Shown here: positions 38,561 to 46,836 of the stretch, in pieces
Layout: every line of letters begins with the position of its first letter
How positions within the stretch are numbered: position 1 is the first letter of the stretch
NCBI GenBank assembly: GCA_045603545.1
Contig: JAZUMG010000030.1
Location: forward strand, 866-64,865
Reading direction: 5' to 3'
Source of the DNA: Candidatus Coprenecus sp.
GTDB taxonomy: Bacteria; Bacteroidota; Bacteroidia; Bacteroidales; UBA932
DNA: 64,000 bases
The notes under the pieces: generated by a model
The model's database searches: none
The model's input: the letters and a program-made list of their open reading frames with translations, nothing else
What the model was told of the DNA's origin: nothing
Made by a program: the position numbers and the translations under genes

Positions 38561-39136
38561 TTAGAACAGTGTCACGATATTGGTCGAGAACAGTTTGATG
38601 GAGATAGCCAGAAGGATGATTCCGAAGAATTTCCTGAGGATGAAGATTCCACCTTTGCCCAGTATCTTTTCAAACCACTCTATCTTGTAAAGTACCATAA
38701 AGATCACTACCATATTCAGGATGATGGCCACAATGATGTTCTCTATGGCGTATTCGGCCCTAAGGGAGAGGACAGTGGTCAGTGCCCCGGCACCTGCGAT
38801 GAGTGGAAATATGATAGGGACAATAGTGACAGATCCACCAGGCCCGTCATTTTTGAATATCTCTATCCCAAGTACCATCTCCACGGCAAGGACAAATATT
38901 ACCAATGCACCCGCTACCGCAAAGGATGAGATGTCCACACCGAACAATCCCAACAGAGCATCTCCCAGGAATAGGAAAAGTATAAAAATTAAAAATGATG
39001 ATATTGAGATTTTTCCGGCCTCAATCTTGTTTCCCTGCTGCTTCAGACCCAGTATGACAGGGATTGAGCCTGTTATGTCAATAATCGCAAAAAGTACCAT
39101 GAACGCACTTAATATCTCCTTAAAATTCAATTCCAT
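38561..39136 (-). CDS. MarC family (UPF0056) integral membrane protein
   Basis: 191 aa, 6 TM helices, N-terminus FMVLFAIIDITGSIPV typical of MarC. Confidence 0.82.
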   Translation of the reverse strand: MELNFKEILSAFMVLFAIIDITGSIPVILGLKQQGNKIEAGKISISSFLIFILFLFLGDALLGLFGVDISSFAVAGALVIFVLAVEMVLGIEIFKNDGPGGSVTIVPIIFPLIAGAGALTTVLSLRAEYAIENIIVAIILNMVVIFMVLYKIEWFEKILGKGGIFILRKFFGIILLAISIKLFSTNIVTLF

Positions 39137-39258
39137 AGCTTTTTTTCAAAATTTATTTGACAAAAATAGCAAAAAAGAACAGTATTTGTTTGATTATTAA
39201 AAAAAACTACCTAACTTGCACTATCATATAAAGTTAAACACATAAACATAGGTAAGAT

Positions 39259-39432
39259 ATGAAAGCTACTGTAGAACAAATCAATGCTCAGATTGAAGTT
39301 TTTGTAAAAAACTCAGAAGCACAAATGGTAAAAGGCAATAAAGCTGCAGGTACTCGTGCAAGAAAAGCAGCTCTTGAGCTAAGCAAGCTAATGAAAGAAT
39401 TCAGAAAGAAATCTGTAGAGTTTTCAAAATAA
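39259..39432 (+). CDS. Histone H1-like small basic protein (57 aa), absent from the ORF track
   Basis: ATG 39259 to TAA 39430-39432: MKATVEQINAQIEVFVKNSEAQMVKGNKAAGTRARKAALELSKLMKEFRKKSVEFSK. The GNKAAGTRARKAALEL core matches Bacteroidota 'histone H1' proteins. A terminator follows. Confidence 0.8.
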   Translation: MKATVEQINAQIEVFVKNSEAQMVKGNKAAGTRARKAALELSKLMKEFRKKSVEFSK

Positions 39433-39455
39433 TTCAATAGCTGGAGAAACTTCTG

Positions 39456-39486
39456 AAAAAGGACGGTCATCAGGACTGTCCTTTTT
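39456..39486. terminator. Bidirectional rho-independent terminator
   Basis: AAAAAGGACGGTC pairs with GACTGTCCTTTTT (one G-U pair), loop ATCAG. Confidence 0.7.
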
Positions 39487-39491
39487 TAATT

Positions 39492-39923
39492 TTAATGCTC
39501 GGGGATTATTGCCCCTATCTTGTTCTCTTTATTCCACAACCATATTTTGCCATTCTCTACCTTAGAGCACTCAAAAACGAGTTTGTATGTGCTTTGTCCA
39601 TTGCTTTCTCCGATCGACATGTCTGCAAGGATGGTTATCCCTATGGATCTTGGGTATGATTCAAGCTTGATGTGGCAGTATTCAGATTGTGTGTCGTCCT
39701 GTAATCTTACGGTGTGCCTTATGGGGTTTATGGCCACCTGATGGATTTTCTCATTGTATACGAAGTACTCGTGCCCATCCATATAGCATCCGATGACAAA
39801 TTCATCCAGGAAGAGCTGTTTCTCCACAGAGTCAATCTCCACCACCTTCCTGCAGGATGTGGGGAGAATCACAGTCGCAATTGCCAGTGCCAGACTAAAG
39901 TGTCTCCTGATAGTTTTTATCAT
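39492..39923 (-). CDS. Hypothetical small lipoprotein
   Basis: Start set at ATG 39923 (MIKTIRRHFSLALAIATVILPTSC lipobox). Overlaps the 3' end of the M6 protease gene by 29 nt. No recognisable domain. Confidence 0.6.
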   Translation of the reverse strand: MIKTIRRHFSLALAIATVILPTSCRKVVEIDSVEKQLFLDEFVIGCYMDGHEYFVYNEKIHQVAINPIRHTVRLQDDTQSEYCHIKLESYPRSIGITILADMSIGESNGQSTYKLVFECSKVENGKIWLWNKENKIGAIIPEH

Positions 39924-41880
39924 CTTCACCAATTGATATTTTTCTATATAATGTCTCTGTACTTCCATCCTGTATATATCTGATTCTAGCCTTTATCTCC
40001 TGTACCCCTGCCTCTTCAAAAACAAATTTTCCTCCATCGGTCTCCCTGTCATTGAGAAACCATCTGATATCCTCATCTATCTCACTGAGGTTGTATATTT
40101 TCAATTGGATGGTGTCTCCCACTTTATATCCTTTTCCTATCCCTTCAATATAAGGGAATGGGGATGTGACCCCAAGGGTCTTGAATTTTACCTCTGTGGT
40201 GTCGCCATTTTTTTTGTAACCGATATGGAATATCTGGCACTCATAACCCTGTCCGGGCTTAAGATTGCCGATTGAGCACATCCTCTCTTCCACCACCATT
40301 TCATCAGATTTTCTGAAGCCATCCCTGTCCATCCTCCATCTGATACCCCATTTGGCATCCATATCCATTGATGTATCCCAGGTGATTTCCACCTCTGTCT
40401 GGTCTACTCTTGTCTTTGGGGAGGCCGGAGTCAGCAGAATCTCATCATCATCGGTGTCCACCATAAAGGTTATATTGTCATCCCCTGAATCTATTTTTAT
40501 ATCTGTAAGTTTGATCCCGACACCTCTCTTGTCCCAGGCCACGAAATGTGGGTCGGAGAGTGTGGCAAATGTGGTGACATTGCCTATGCCGGGGAAAAAT
40601 ACCTGTTTTACGTTGACGGCATCTGTGACGGCCTCCACAAGGTCAGCACATTCGTGCTCCGAGCAGGCGTTTATAAGGTTGGTCTTCCATCTCATGGATG
40701 CCTCCATTGTACCGGCAATGTTGGATGATTTGTCTATGTGGTAAATGAGCATTCCGGAGCCTCCAATGAATGAGTCCCATCCTTTCTCCACTCTGTTCTC
40801 CAGAAGGTAGTACTCTCCCTCGTTGTGGGTGTCTACCCTGAAAAATCTGCTGTTGATATTTATAGGTTCAAGGGTGTTGAGGCTCTTGTTGGAAAGGCGC
40901 TTCCCCTGAAAACCCAGGGCTTCCCATTCAATTGCATTGAAATATGGCGGTGTCCTCCCCTGGTTGTTATAGCAGCCGTAGTCCATCAATGATAGAGTTC
41001 CCCACATCCCTTTGGACCTGCCGTTTTCTTCGTAATCGGCGTCGTACAGATCCTTAAATCCCAGGATGTGCCCGAATTCGTGGCAGAACGCGCCTATACC
41101 TGAAGGGGTTTTCCCTGTCGCACCTCTTAGCTCCGAGGCAAATCCTACCTTGGTAATATTGGTTCCATCAAGTGAGATGGGGCTGGATGAAAGGTCCAGG
41201 GATGCTGGCCATATGGTGTCAGGATCTCCCCCCTCTGCTTCACTGTATCCGGCGTAGTAGACAAAAATATACTGGTATTTTGCAAAATTGGTCTCGGGAT
41301 TGATTTTAAGGCAAGCTTCCCGTATCATCTCCTGTACTCTCCAGTCGTAAACAGATTCATCGGACAGATCATCTTCCTTGTTTTCACCATAATATGCCAT
41401 CTCTCTGTCTAATGTGACGATATTTGACACATCGAAGGTGACCCTTATGAACCCTTTGAGATTGTCATCAAAATAATCCTTGACAGATCCGGTGGCATTG
41501 TTTTCTGAGTACCCCTTGCTGTTCATCATATTGTTGAAGTGCCCTTTCGGGTCTTTGAGGGAGAATCTGATGTCCTGGAACTGTACCGGTATTATCAGTG
41601 TAGAGATGGATCCTGCCATCGGGGTGGCATTGGTGGTGCCGGTTCCGGTGCTGACCGGTTTTGGAGCTTTGAATGTAGGTACGTAATAACCCTTCTCATT
41701 TTTTACCATCCTGTCCCCCATCAGGGATGTCCTGTATCTGAAATTCTCGTCACCTTTGAGGAGGAGGAAAACCTTGGATCCGTCCGGTTGTCTGACCTCT
41801 ATCGGATATGGGTACGCAGGGGTGGCTTTGGTAACTGCAGATACCAACATCATCAAAATTATTATTGCCACCCTAGCCAT
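39895..41880 (-). CDS. M6 family (immune inhibitor A-like) secreted metalloprotease
   Basis: Start set at ATG 41880 (MARVAIIILMMLVSAVTKA signal). N-terminus AYPYPIEVRQPDGSKVFLLLKGDENF is typical of the M6 domain. HEFGHILGFKDLYD zinc site; Ig/FN3-like C-terminal region. Confidence 0.82.
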   Translation of the reverse strand: MARVAIIILMMLVSAVTKATPAYPYPIEVRQPDGSKVFLLLKGDENFRYRTSLMGDRMVKNEKGYYVPTFKAPKPVSTGTGTTNATPMAGSISTLIIPVQFQDIRFSLKDPKGHFNNMMNSKGYSENNATGSVKDYFDDNLKGFIRVTFDVSNIVTLDREMAYYGENKEDDLSDESVYDWRVQEMIREACLKINPETNFAKYQYIFVYYAGYSEAEGGDPDTIWPASLDLSSSPISLDGTNITKVGFASELRGATGKTPSGIGAFCHEFGHILGFKDLYDADYEENGRSKGMWGTLSLMDYGCYNNQGRTPPYFNAIEWEALGFQGKRLSNKSLNTLEPININSRFFRVDTHNEGEYYLLENRVEKGWDSFIGGSGMLIYHIDKSSNIAGTMEASMRWKTNLINACSEHECADLVEAVTDAVNVKQVFFPGIGNVTTFATLSDPHFVAWDKRGVGIKLTDIKIDSGDDNITFMVDTDDDEILLTPASPKTRVDQTEVEITWDTSMDMDAKWGIRWRMDRDGFRKSDEMVVEERMCSIGNLKPGQGYECQIFHIGYKKNGDTTEVKFKTLGVTSPFPYIEGIGKGYKVGDTIQLKIYNLSEIDEDIRWFLNDRETDGGKFVFEEAGVQEIKARIRYIQDGSTETLYRKISIGEDDKNYQETL

Positions 41881-41886
41881 TTTTTG

Positions 41887-41894
41887 TACTTTTG
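41887..41894 (+). promoter_or_regulatory. -7 promoter box TACTTTTG for the PCMD/Omp85 pair
   Basis: Exact TAnnTTTG 48 nt upstream of ATG 41942. Confidence 0.4.
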
Positions 41895-41941
41895 CCCGAT
41901 ATTTGAACTGCAAAATAGAAAATTTTAGTGATTATAACAAG

Positions 41942-42919
41942 ATGAAATATATAAAATCCATAATTGCCATTGTGTGTGGGGCGCTGCTGTTCCATAGCGG
42001 AGAAGTGCAGGCGCAGTCAATAACAGCAGAGGATATAAATGAACAGGGACGTTTTGAAAACTGGATTGTCCGGGAGATTTATGAATCAGGAATCATCGGT
42101 GGAAATACCAAATATGTCTATAATTTCAATACCGGTGATACCATTAGGGGTAATATCCCATACGAATCTCCAGAGGGGAATGTTTTTATCCCTACCAATG
42201 TCATGGCCAATATAATCGGCATCATAAAGACCAGCAACCAGGTTTTCCCGGAGAAAAGGGGTGACGGGTATTGCGCCAGACTTGAGGTGCTTGAGGAGCA
42301 GGTGAAGGTGATAGGTATGATAAACATAAAGGTGGTGGCACAGGGCAGTGTGATCTCAGGTGAGCTTTATGAGCCTATTCGGGATACCAAATCTCCGTAC
42401 AGCAAGCTTGATTATGGCATTCCGTTTACAGACAGACCTTATGGCATCAAGTATGACTATAAGGCTGATGTGGGACATGAGAGGATAAAGTCGACTGCAT
42501 TGTCGGCAAGAAAGGCTTTGGGCGAGCCCGATTTTGCAGATATTGTGGTGTTTCTCCAGAAGAGGTGGGAAGATGAGGATGGAAATATCTACGCAAAAAG
42601 GGTAGGTACTGCATACAAGAGGATTAAAGAGGATGTGGAGGATTGGATAAATGGTGAAGTTCTCCAGATTCATTATGGCGATATCTCAAATACCCCATAC
42701 TATGAGCCATATATGGCTCTTCGAGGCAAAGGGGCAGAGATAGAGAACTTTGCAAAAAACAGCAAAGGGAAATCAGTCACCATAAATGAGGTGGACTGGG
42801 CAGATGCAGACGAAACCCCCACACACCTTATTCTATGGTTTTCATCCAGTGACGGCAAAGCTTTCTATGGTGGTGTGGGTAACAAACTGTGGATAGATAA
42901 TGTCGAAATAGTATATTAG
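41942..42919 (+). CDS. PCMD (putative carbohydrate metabolism) domain protein, secreted
   Basis: Start set at ATG 41942 (MKYIKSIIAIVCGALLFHSGEVQA signal). The C-terminus ...GGVGNKLWIDNVEIVY resembles PCMD family ends. Confidence 0.6.
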   Translation: MKYIKSIIAIVCGALLFHSGEVQAQSITAEDINEQGRFENWIVREIYESGIIGGNTKYVYNFNTGDTIRGNIPYESPEGNVFIPTNVMANIIGIIKTSNQVFPEKRGDGYCARLEVLEEQVKVIGMINIKVVAQGSVISGELYEPIRDTKSPYSKLDYGIPFTDRPYGIKYDYKADVGHERIKSTALSARKALGEPDFADIVVFLQKRWEDEDGNIYAKRVGTAYKRIKEDVEDWINGEVLQIHYGDISNTPYYEPYMALRGKGAEIENFAKNSKGKSVTINEVDWADADETPTHLILWFSSSDGKAFYGGVGNKLWIDNVEIVY

Positions 42920-42920
42920 G

Positions 42921-44084
42921 ATGGGTGTAAAAAAGCTCATACCCGGTCTTCTTCTCCTTCTGTCGGTATTGTCTGCCAGTACGGTGAGGGCCGGTGCCCA
43001 GATCAAAGAGGCTTTCGATTCCATATACTACAAGTCGGTAAGTGACTCTGTGCAGAGGTATATGCAAAGTCACCCCAACAGATTCAAACCGGAACAGAAC
43101 CGCTTCAAAGTCATCCCTTTGGCAAGTGTAAGCTATGTCACAGAGGATGGTTTCGGATTTGTTGTAGGGATGACCGGACAGTACCGCAACGGACTTGATA
43201 CAAATGCCCCCCTTTCAATGTTTTCTACAATAGGGTATGTCTCCACAAAAGGGTCATTCAAGTTGGCCGCGGGTGGGACAAACTACGCCATCAATGGCAA
43301 ATCAAGGCTGGAATACAGGGCCTCGGCACACTACGATAAAAGGTATTTCTGGGGCATAGGTTACGACCAGGGAATTTATGGCGGCAATAAGACCAGGTAC
43401 TCGGAACTGGGGGCAGATCTCTCCCTGATGTACCGTTTCCTCCTCTCTCCAAAATTCAATATGGCCCCTCTGTTCGGGTACAGTCATATCAATGCAGAGG
43501 ATCTTTCCAAAAGTGAACTTGCAGGTGGATTGCCACTTCTTTTCAACGGTCTCCATCTGGGGGTGGATGTGGTACTCGACACAAGGGATGACAACAACTC
43601 ACCCCAAAAAGGGGTATATCTCAATTTGAGGCAGAAGATCTATCCCGTACTCTCCTCTGCTATGGGGATATTCTATCAGACCACATTTGTGGCAGATCTC
43701 TTTTTCAAGGGGTGGGAAGGGTGTGTCTTTGCTCTGGATCTGTTCAGTGAATCAAACTATGGCGATTCCCCCTGGTTTGTGTGGACCCCGATAGGTGGGG
43801 ATGTCAGAATGAGGGGGTATTACAGGGGAAGGTACAGGGACAGAAATACACTGATTGCCCAGCTGGAATTGAGGCAGCGTATATATAAGGGGCACGGTGC
43901 AGTCGTATGGGGAGGTGCAGGAAACATTTTCCACTCCTATAAGGATATTGACCTTAAGAAAACACTCCCAAACTATGGAATAGGGTACAGGTACGACCTG
44001 AACGGGAATATCTTCAAGTTCGATATCGGTTTCGGTAAAAACAGGGAGTGGGGTATATCAGCAGGGTTCAACCACGCGTTCTGA
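42921..44084 (+). CDS. Omp85/BamA-family beta-barrel outer membrane protein without POTRA domains
   Basis: Signal peptide; alternating beta-strand pattern; GGDVRMRGYYRGRYRD (surface-antigen motif); ends ...GFNHAF. Starts 2 nt after the PCMD stop. Confidence 0.75.
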   Translation: MGVKKLIPGLLLLLSVLSASTVRAGAQIKEAFDSIYYKSVSDSVQRYMQSHPNRFKPEQNRFKVIPLASVSYVTEDGFGFVVGMTGQYRNGLDTNAPLSMFSTIGYVSTKGSFKLAAGGTNYAINGKSRLEYRASAHYDKRYFWGIGYDQGIYGGNKTRYSELGADLSLMYRFLLSPKFNMAPLFGYSHINAEDLSKSELAGGLPLLFNGLHLGVDVVLDTRDDNNSPQKGVYLNLRQKIYPVLSSAMGIFYQTTFVADLFFKGWEGCVFALDLFSESNYGDSPWFVWTPIGGDVRMRGYYRGRYRDRNTLIAQLELRQRIYKGHGAVVWGGAGNIFHSYKDIDLKKTLPNYGIGYRYDLNGNIFKFDIGFGKNREWGISAGFNHAF

Positions 44085-44097
44085 TTGGAGGTTGGCT

Positions 44098-45444
44098 CTA
44101 CAGGAAGAATTTGTCCACTTTTGACACTACCGATGGGTGTGCAAATACCACTACTTGATCATAAGGCTTGATCTGCGTATTCACGTCAGCAATAAAACTC
44201 TCCTTGCCCCTTATGTAACCACCAATGAGGGCATCTTCAGGGAATCCCAATTTTCCAATCTTGTCTGTTGTAATCTGGCTGTTTTGGGGTACAATGAATT
44301 CAAGTACCTCGGCATCAGTTCCGTTGAGTACTTTGATGGAGCGTACCTTGTTTGACAGTGTGAAACGGAATATCCTTCCGGCTGTTATCAGTTTTTTGTT
44401 TATTACAGCGTCCACACCCATACTCTCTGCCACCTTTATGTACTCGAAGTTCTCAACCTCTGCAATAACTTTGGCTACACCCATTTTCTTGGCCATCACG
44501 CAGGATAGTATATTGGTTTCAGAGCTGCTTGTCACCGCTACGAATGCATCACAGGAGCGGATGTCTTCATCGATGAAGACATCTGAGTTGCGCCCGTCTC
44601 CATTGATGACAAGGGTTTTCTTCAGATTCTGGGACAGGACCTCGCACCTTTCCGGTTTGAGTTCTATTATCTTTACTGTGTCAAGTGATTTCTCCAGTTT
44701 GGCTGCCACCATCTCGCCAATCCTTCCACCGCCAAGTATCATCAGGTTTTTTACCGATACGGTCTCTTTGCCTGATAACCCCAGGACTTCATCCACGCCA
44801 CTCTTCTGGGTCACTACGAATACAGTGTCATTGACTTTGAATTTTGTCTCCCTTTTAGGTATTATGGTCTCCTCCCCTCTGGAGATGGCCACTATCTTGA
44901 ACTTGAGATTCTCGCCGGAATAGTAGTCTCCCATCGTCTTGTCTACAATAGGGGCGCCATCCTCCACTTTGAATGATACCATCTGGAGTTTTCCGTGTGA
45001 ATAATCCATAAATTCGGAGGTGGCTGTCTGTTTGAGCAGATTGATTATCTCATTGGCAGCAATCTTCTCCGGGTAGAAGAGTGAGTCAATCCCAAGTTCA
45101 GTGAAGAGAAGTTTGTTCTCATTGGTCTGGTACTCCTCGTTGTTGATGCGGGCGGTCACCTTTTGTGCTCCAAGCCTTTTGGCAAGCAGGGCACTAACCA
45201 GATTCACATCCTGGGCTTGAGCCGGACTTACAGCGATGAACAGGTCTGCAGATGACACTCCAGCCTCGTTGAGGGTGGAGATGGAGGTGGGGTTTCCCTG
45301 GATGGTTATTATATCTGCCGCCTCGGATGCCCTTTCAAGCCTCTCGGCATTCTCATCTATAACCACTATTTCGTGCCTTTCAAAACTCAACATTTTTGCC
45401 AAGTGGCTACCCACTTCACCGGCACCTGCCAATACAATTTTCAT
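44098..45444 (-). CDS. trkA: Trk system potassium uptake protein TrkA (tandem RCK domains)
   Basis: MKIVLAGAGEVGSHLA and LMILGGGRIGEMVA Rossmann motifs; 448 aa. Confidence 0.92.
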   Translation of the reverse strand: MKIVLAGAGEVGSHLAKMLSFERHEIVVIDENAERLERASEAADIITIQGNPTSISTLNEAGVSSADLFIAVSPAQAQDVNLVSALLAKRLGAQKVTARINNEEYQTNENKLLFTELGIDSLFYPEKIAANEIINLLKQTATSEFMDYSHGKLQMVSFKVEDGAPIVDKTMGDYYSGENLKFKIVAISRGEETIIPKRETKFKVNDTVFVVTQKSGVDEVLGLSGKETVSVKNLMILGGGRIGEMVAAKLEKSLDTVKIIELKPERCEVLSQNLKKTLVINGDGRNSDVFIDEDIRSCDAFVAVTSSSETNILSCVMAKKMGVAKVIAEVENFEYIKVAESMGVDAVINKKLITAGRIFRFTLSNKVRSIKVLNGTDAEVLEFIVPQNSQITTDKIGKLGFPEDALIGGYIRGKESFIADVNTQIKPYDQVVVFAHPSVVSKVDKFFL

Positions 45445-45448
45445 AATT

Positions 45449-46819
45449 CTATTCCTCCTCTGATGAGTAATCGTCTATATGGTTGCCGTTCATATATTTT
45501 TTTGTCTCACGGGCTATAACCCCCGACAGGGCAAGCAGTACAATAAGGTTAGGGATTGCCATAAGTGCATTCATCGCATCGGCGAAGTCCCATACCAGCT
45601 GCAGGTTCACTACACAGCCCAGATATACCGCCACAATCCATACAAGCCTGTATATCTTTATCACCCTCTTTCCGCCAAGATACTCCATACATCTCTCCCC
45701 GTAGTATGACCATCCCAGAATGGTGGAGAATGCAAATGTCAGAAGTCCTACTGTCATAACCAGCGGACCGAATACAGGTATCACGCTGAAAGCCGCTTCA
45801 GTAAGCCCTGCACCGTGTGATCCGTCGATGCCGTTTGGTGCCACTATGCTGCTCACAAGTACGAGACCTGTAATAGCACATACCACAACTGTGTCCCAGA
45901 ATGTTCCGGTAGATGAAACAAGTGCCTGTCTTACAGGGTTTCTGGTTTGTGCTGCAGCCGCTACAATAGGGGCAGAACCAAGACCGGACTCGTTGGAGAA
46001 GAGTCCCCTTGATATACCGAAGCGGCAAGCTGCCATTACTGTTGCACCGGCAAAGCCGCCACCTGCAGCGATGGGGTTGAATGCTGAATGGAAGATGATC
46101 CTGATCGATTCGCCAAGATATTCAAAGTTGATCCCCAGAATAATAAGGCAACCTACAATGTAGAAAAGTGCCATAAATGGGACAAGGAAAGAACACACCT
46201 TGCCGATCCCCTTTATGCCGAAAAGTATCACCAGAGCCACAAGGACAGACATTACTATACCTGTCCATTGCGGAGCGATATGCAGTGTCTTCTCCATCAT
46301 CATGGAGATGGAATTTGCCTGCACCATATTTCCGATACCGAAGCTTGCACAAACTGTAAAGATGCAGAAAAGGACTGCAAGCCATTTTGATTTGAGTCCC
46401 CTCTCCAGTGCATACATAGGACCTCCAAGCATAGTGCCGTCCTCTGTCTTTACCCTGTACTTTACAGCCAGGAGACCTTCAGAATATTTGGTGGCTATAC
46501 CGAATACACCGGTGATCCAGCACCAGAAGACTGCCCCTGGACCACCAAGTGATATTGCTGTTGCGACACCTATGATATTGCCTGTGCCGATAGTTGCAGC
46601 AAGTGATGTTGCCAATGCTGCAAACTGGCTCACATCCCCAGAGGAGCCTTCATCTTTGGTAAATGAAAGTTTGATGGCTTTGAAGATTCTCCTTTGTGGG
46701 AATTTCAGTCGGATTGTCAGGAACAGGTGTGTTCCCAGGAGCAGAATGACCATTGGCCATCCCCACAGTGCGCCAGCTATTTCCGACATTACTGAACTTA
46801 TCGACAGTAGGGTTATCAT
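45449..46819 (-). CDS. Alanine/glycine:cation symporter (AGCS family)
   Basis: GDVSQFAALATSLAATIGTGNIIGVATAI, FSNESGLGSAPI, about 11 TM helices. Confidence 0.92.
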   Translation of the reverse strand: MITLLSISSVMSEIAGALWGWPMVILLLGTHLFLTIRLKFPQRRIFKAIKLSFTKDEGSSGDVSQFAALATSLAATIGTGNIIGVATAISLGGPGAVFWCWITGVFGIATKYSEGLLAVKYRVKTEDGTMLGGPMYALERGLKSKWLAVLFCIFTVCASFGIGNMVQANSISMMMEKTLHIAPQWTGIVMSVLVALVILFGIKGIGKVCSFLVPFMALFYIVGCLIILGINFEYLGESIRIIFHSAFNPIAAGGGFAGATVMAACRFGISRGLFSNESGLGSAPIVAAAAQTRNPVRQALVSSTGTFWDTVVVCAITGLVLVSSIVAPNGIDGSHGAGLTEAAFSVIPVFGPLVMTVGLLTFAFSTILGWSYYGERCMEYLGGKRVIKIYRLVWIVAVYLGCVVNLQLVWDFADAMNALMAIPNLIVLLALSGVIARETKKYMNGNHIDDYSSEEE

Positions 46820-46836
46820 AGTTTGACTTTTTTAGG

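Noticed and set aside
39288-39470. 60-aa minus-strand ORF in the marC/M6 gap
   Set aside because: It is antisense to the better-supported histone-H1-like plus-strand ORF. It would run through the terminator hairpin and has no motif or signal.
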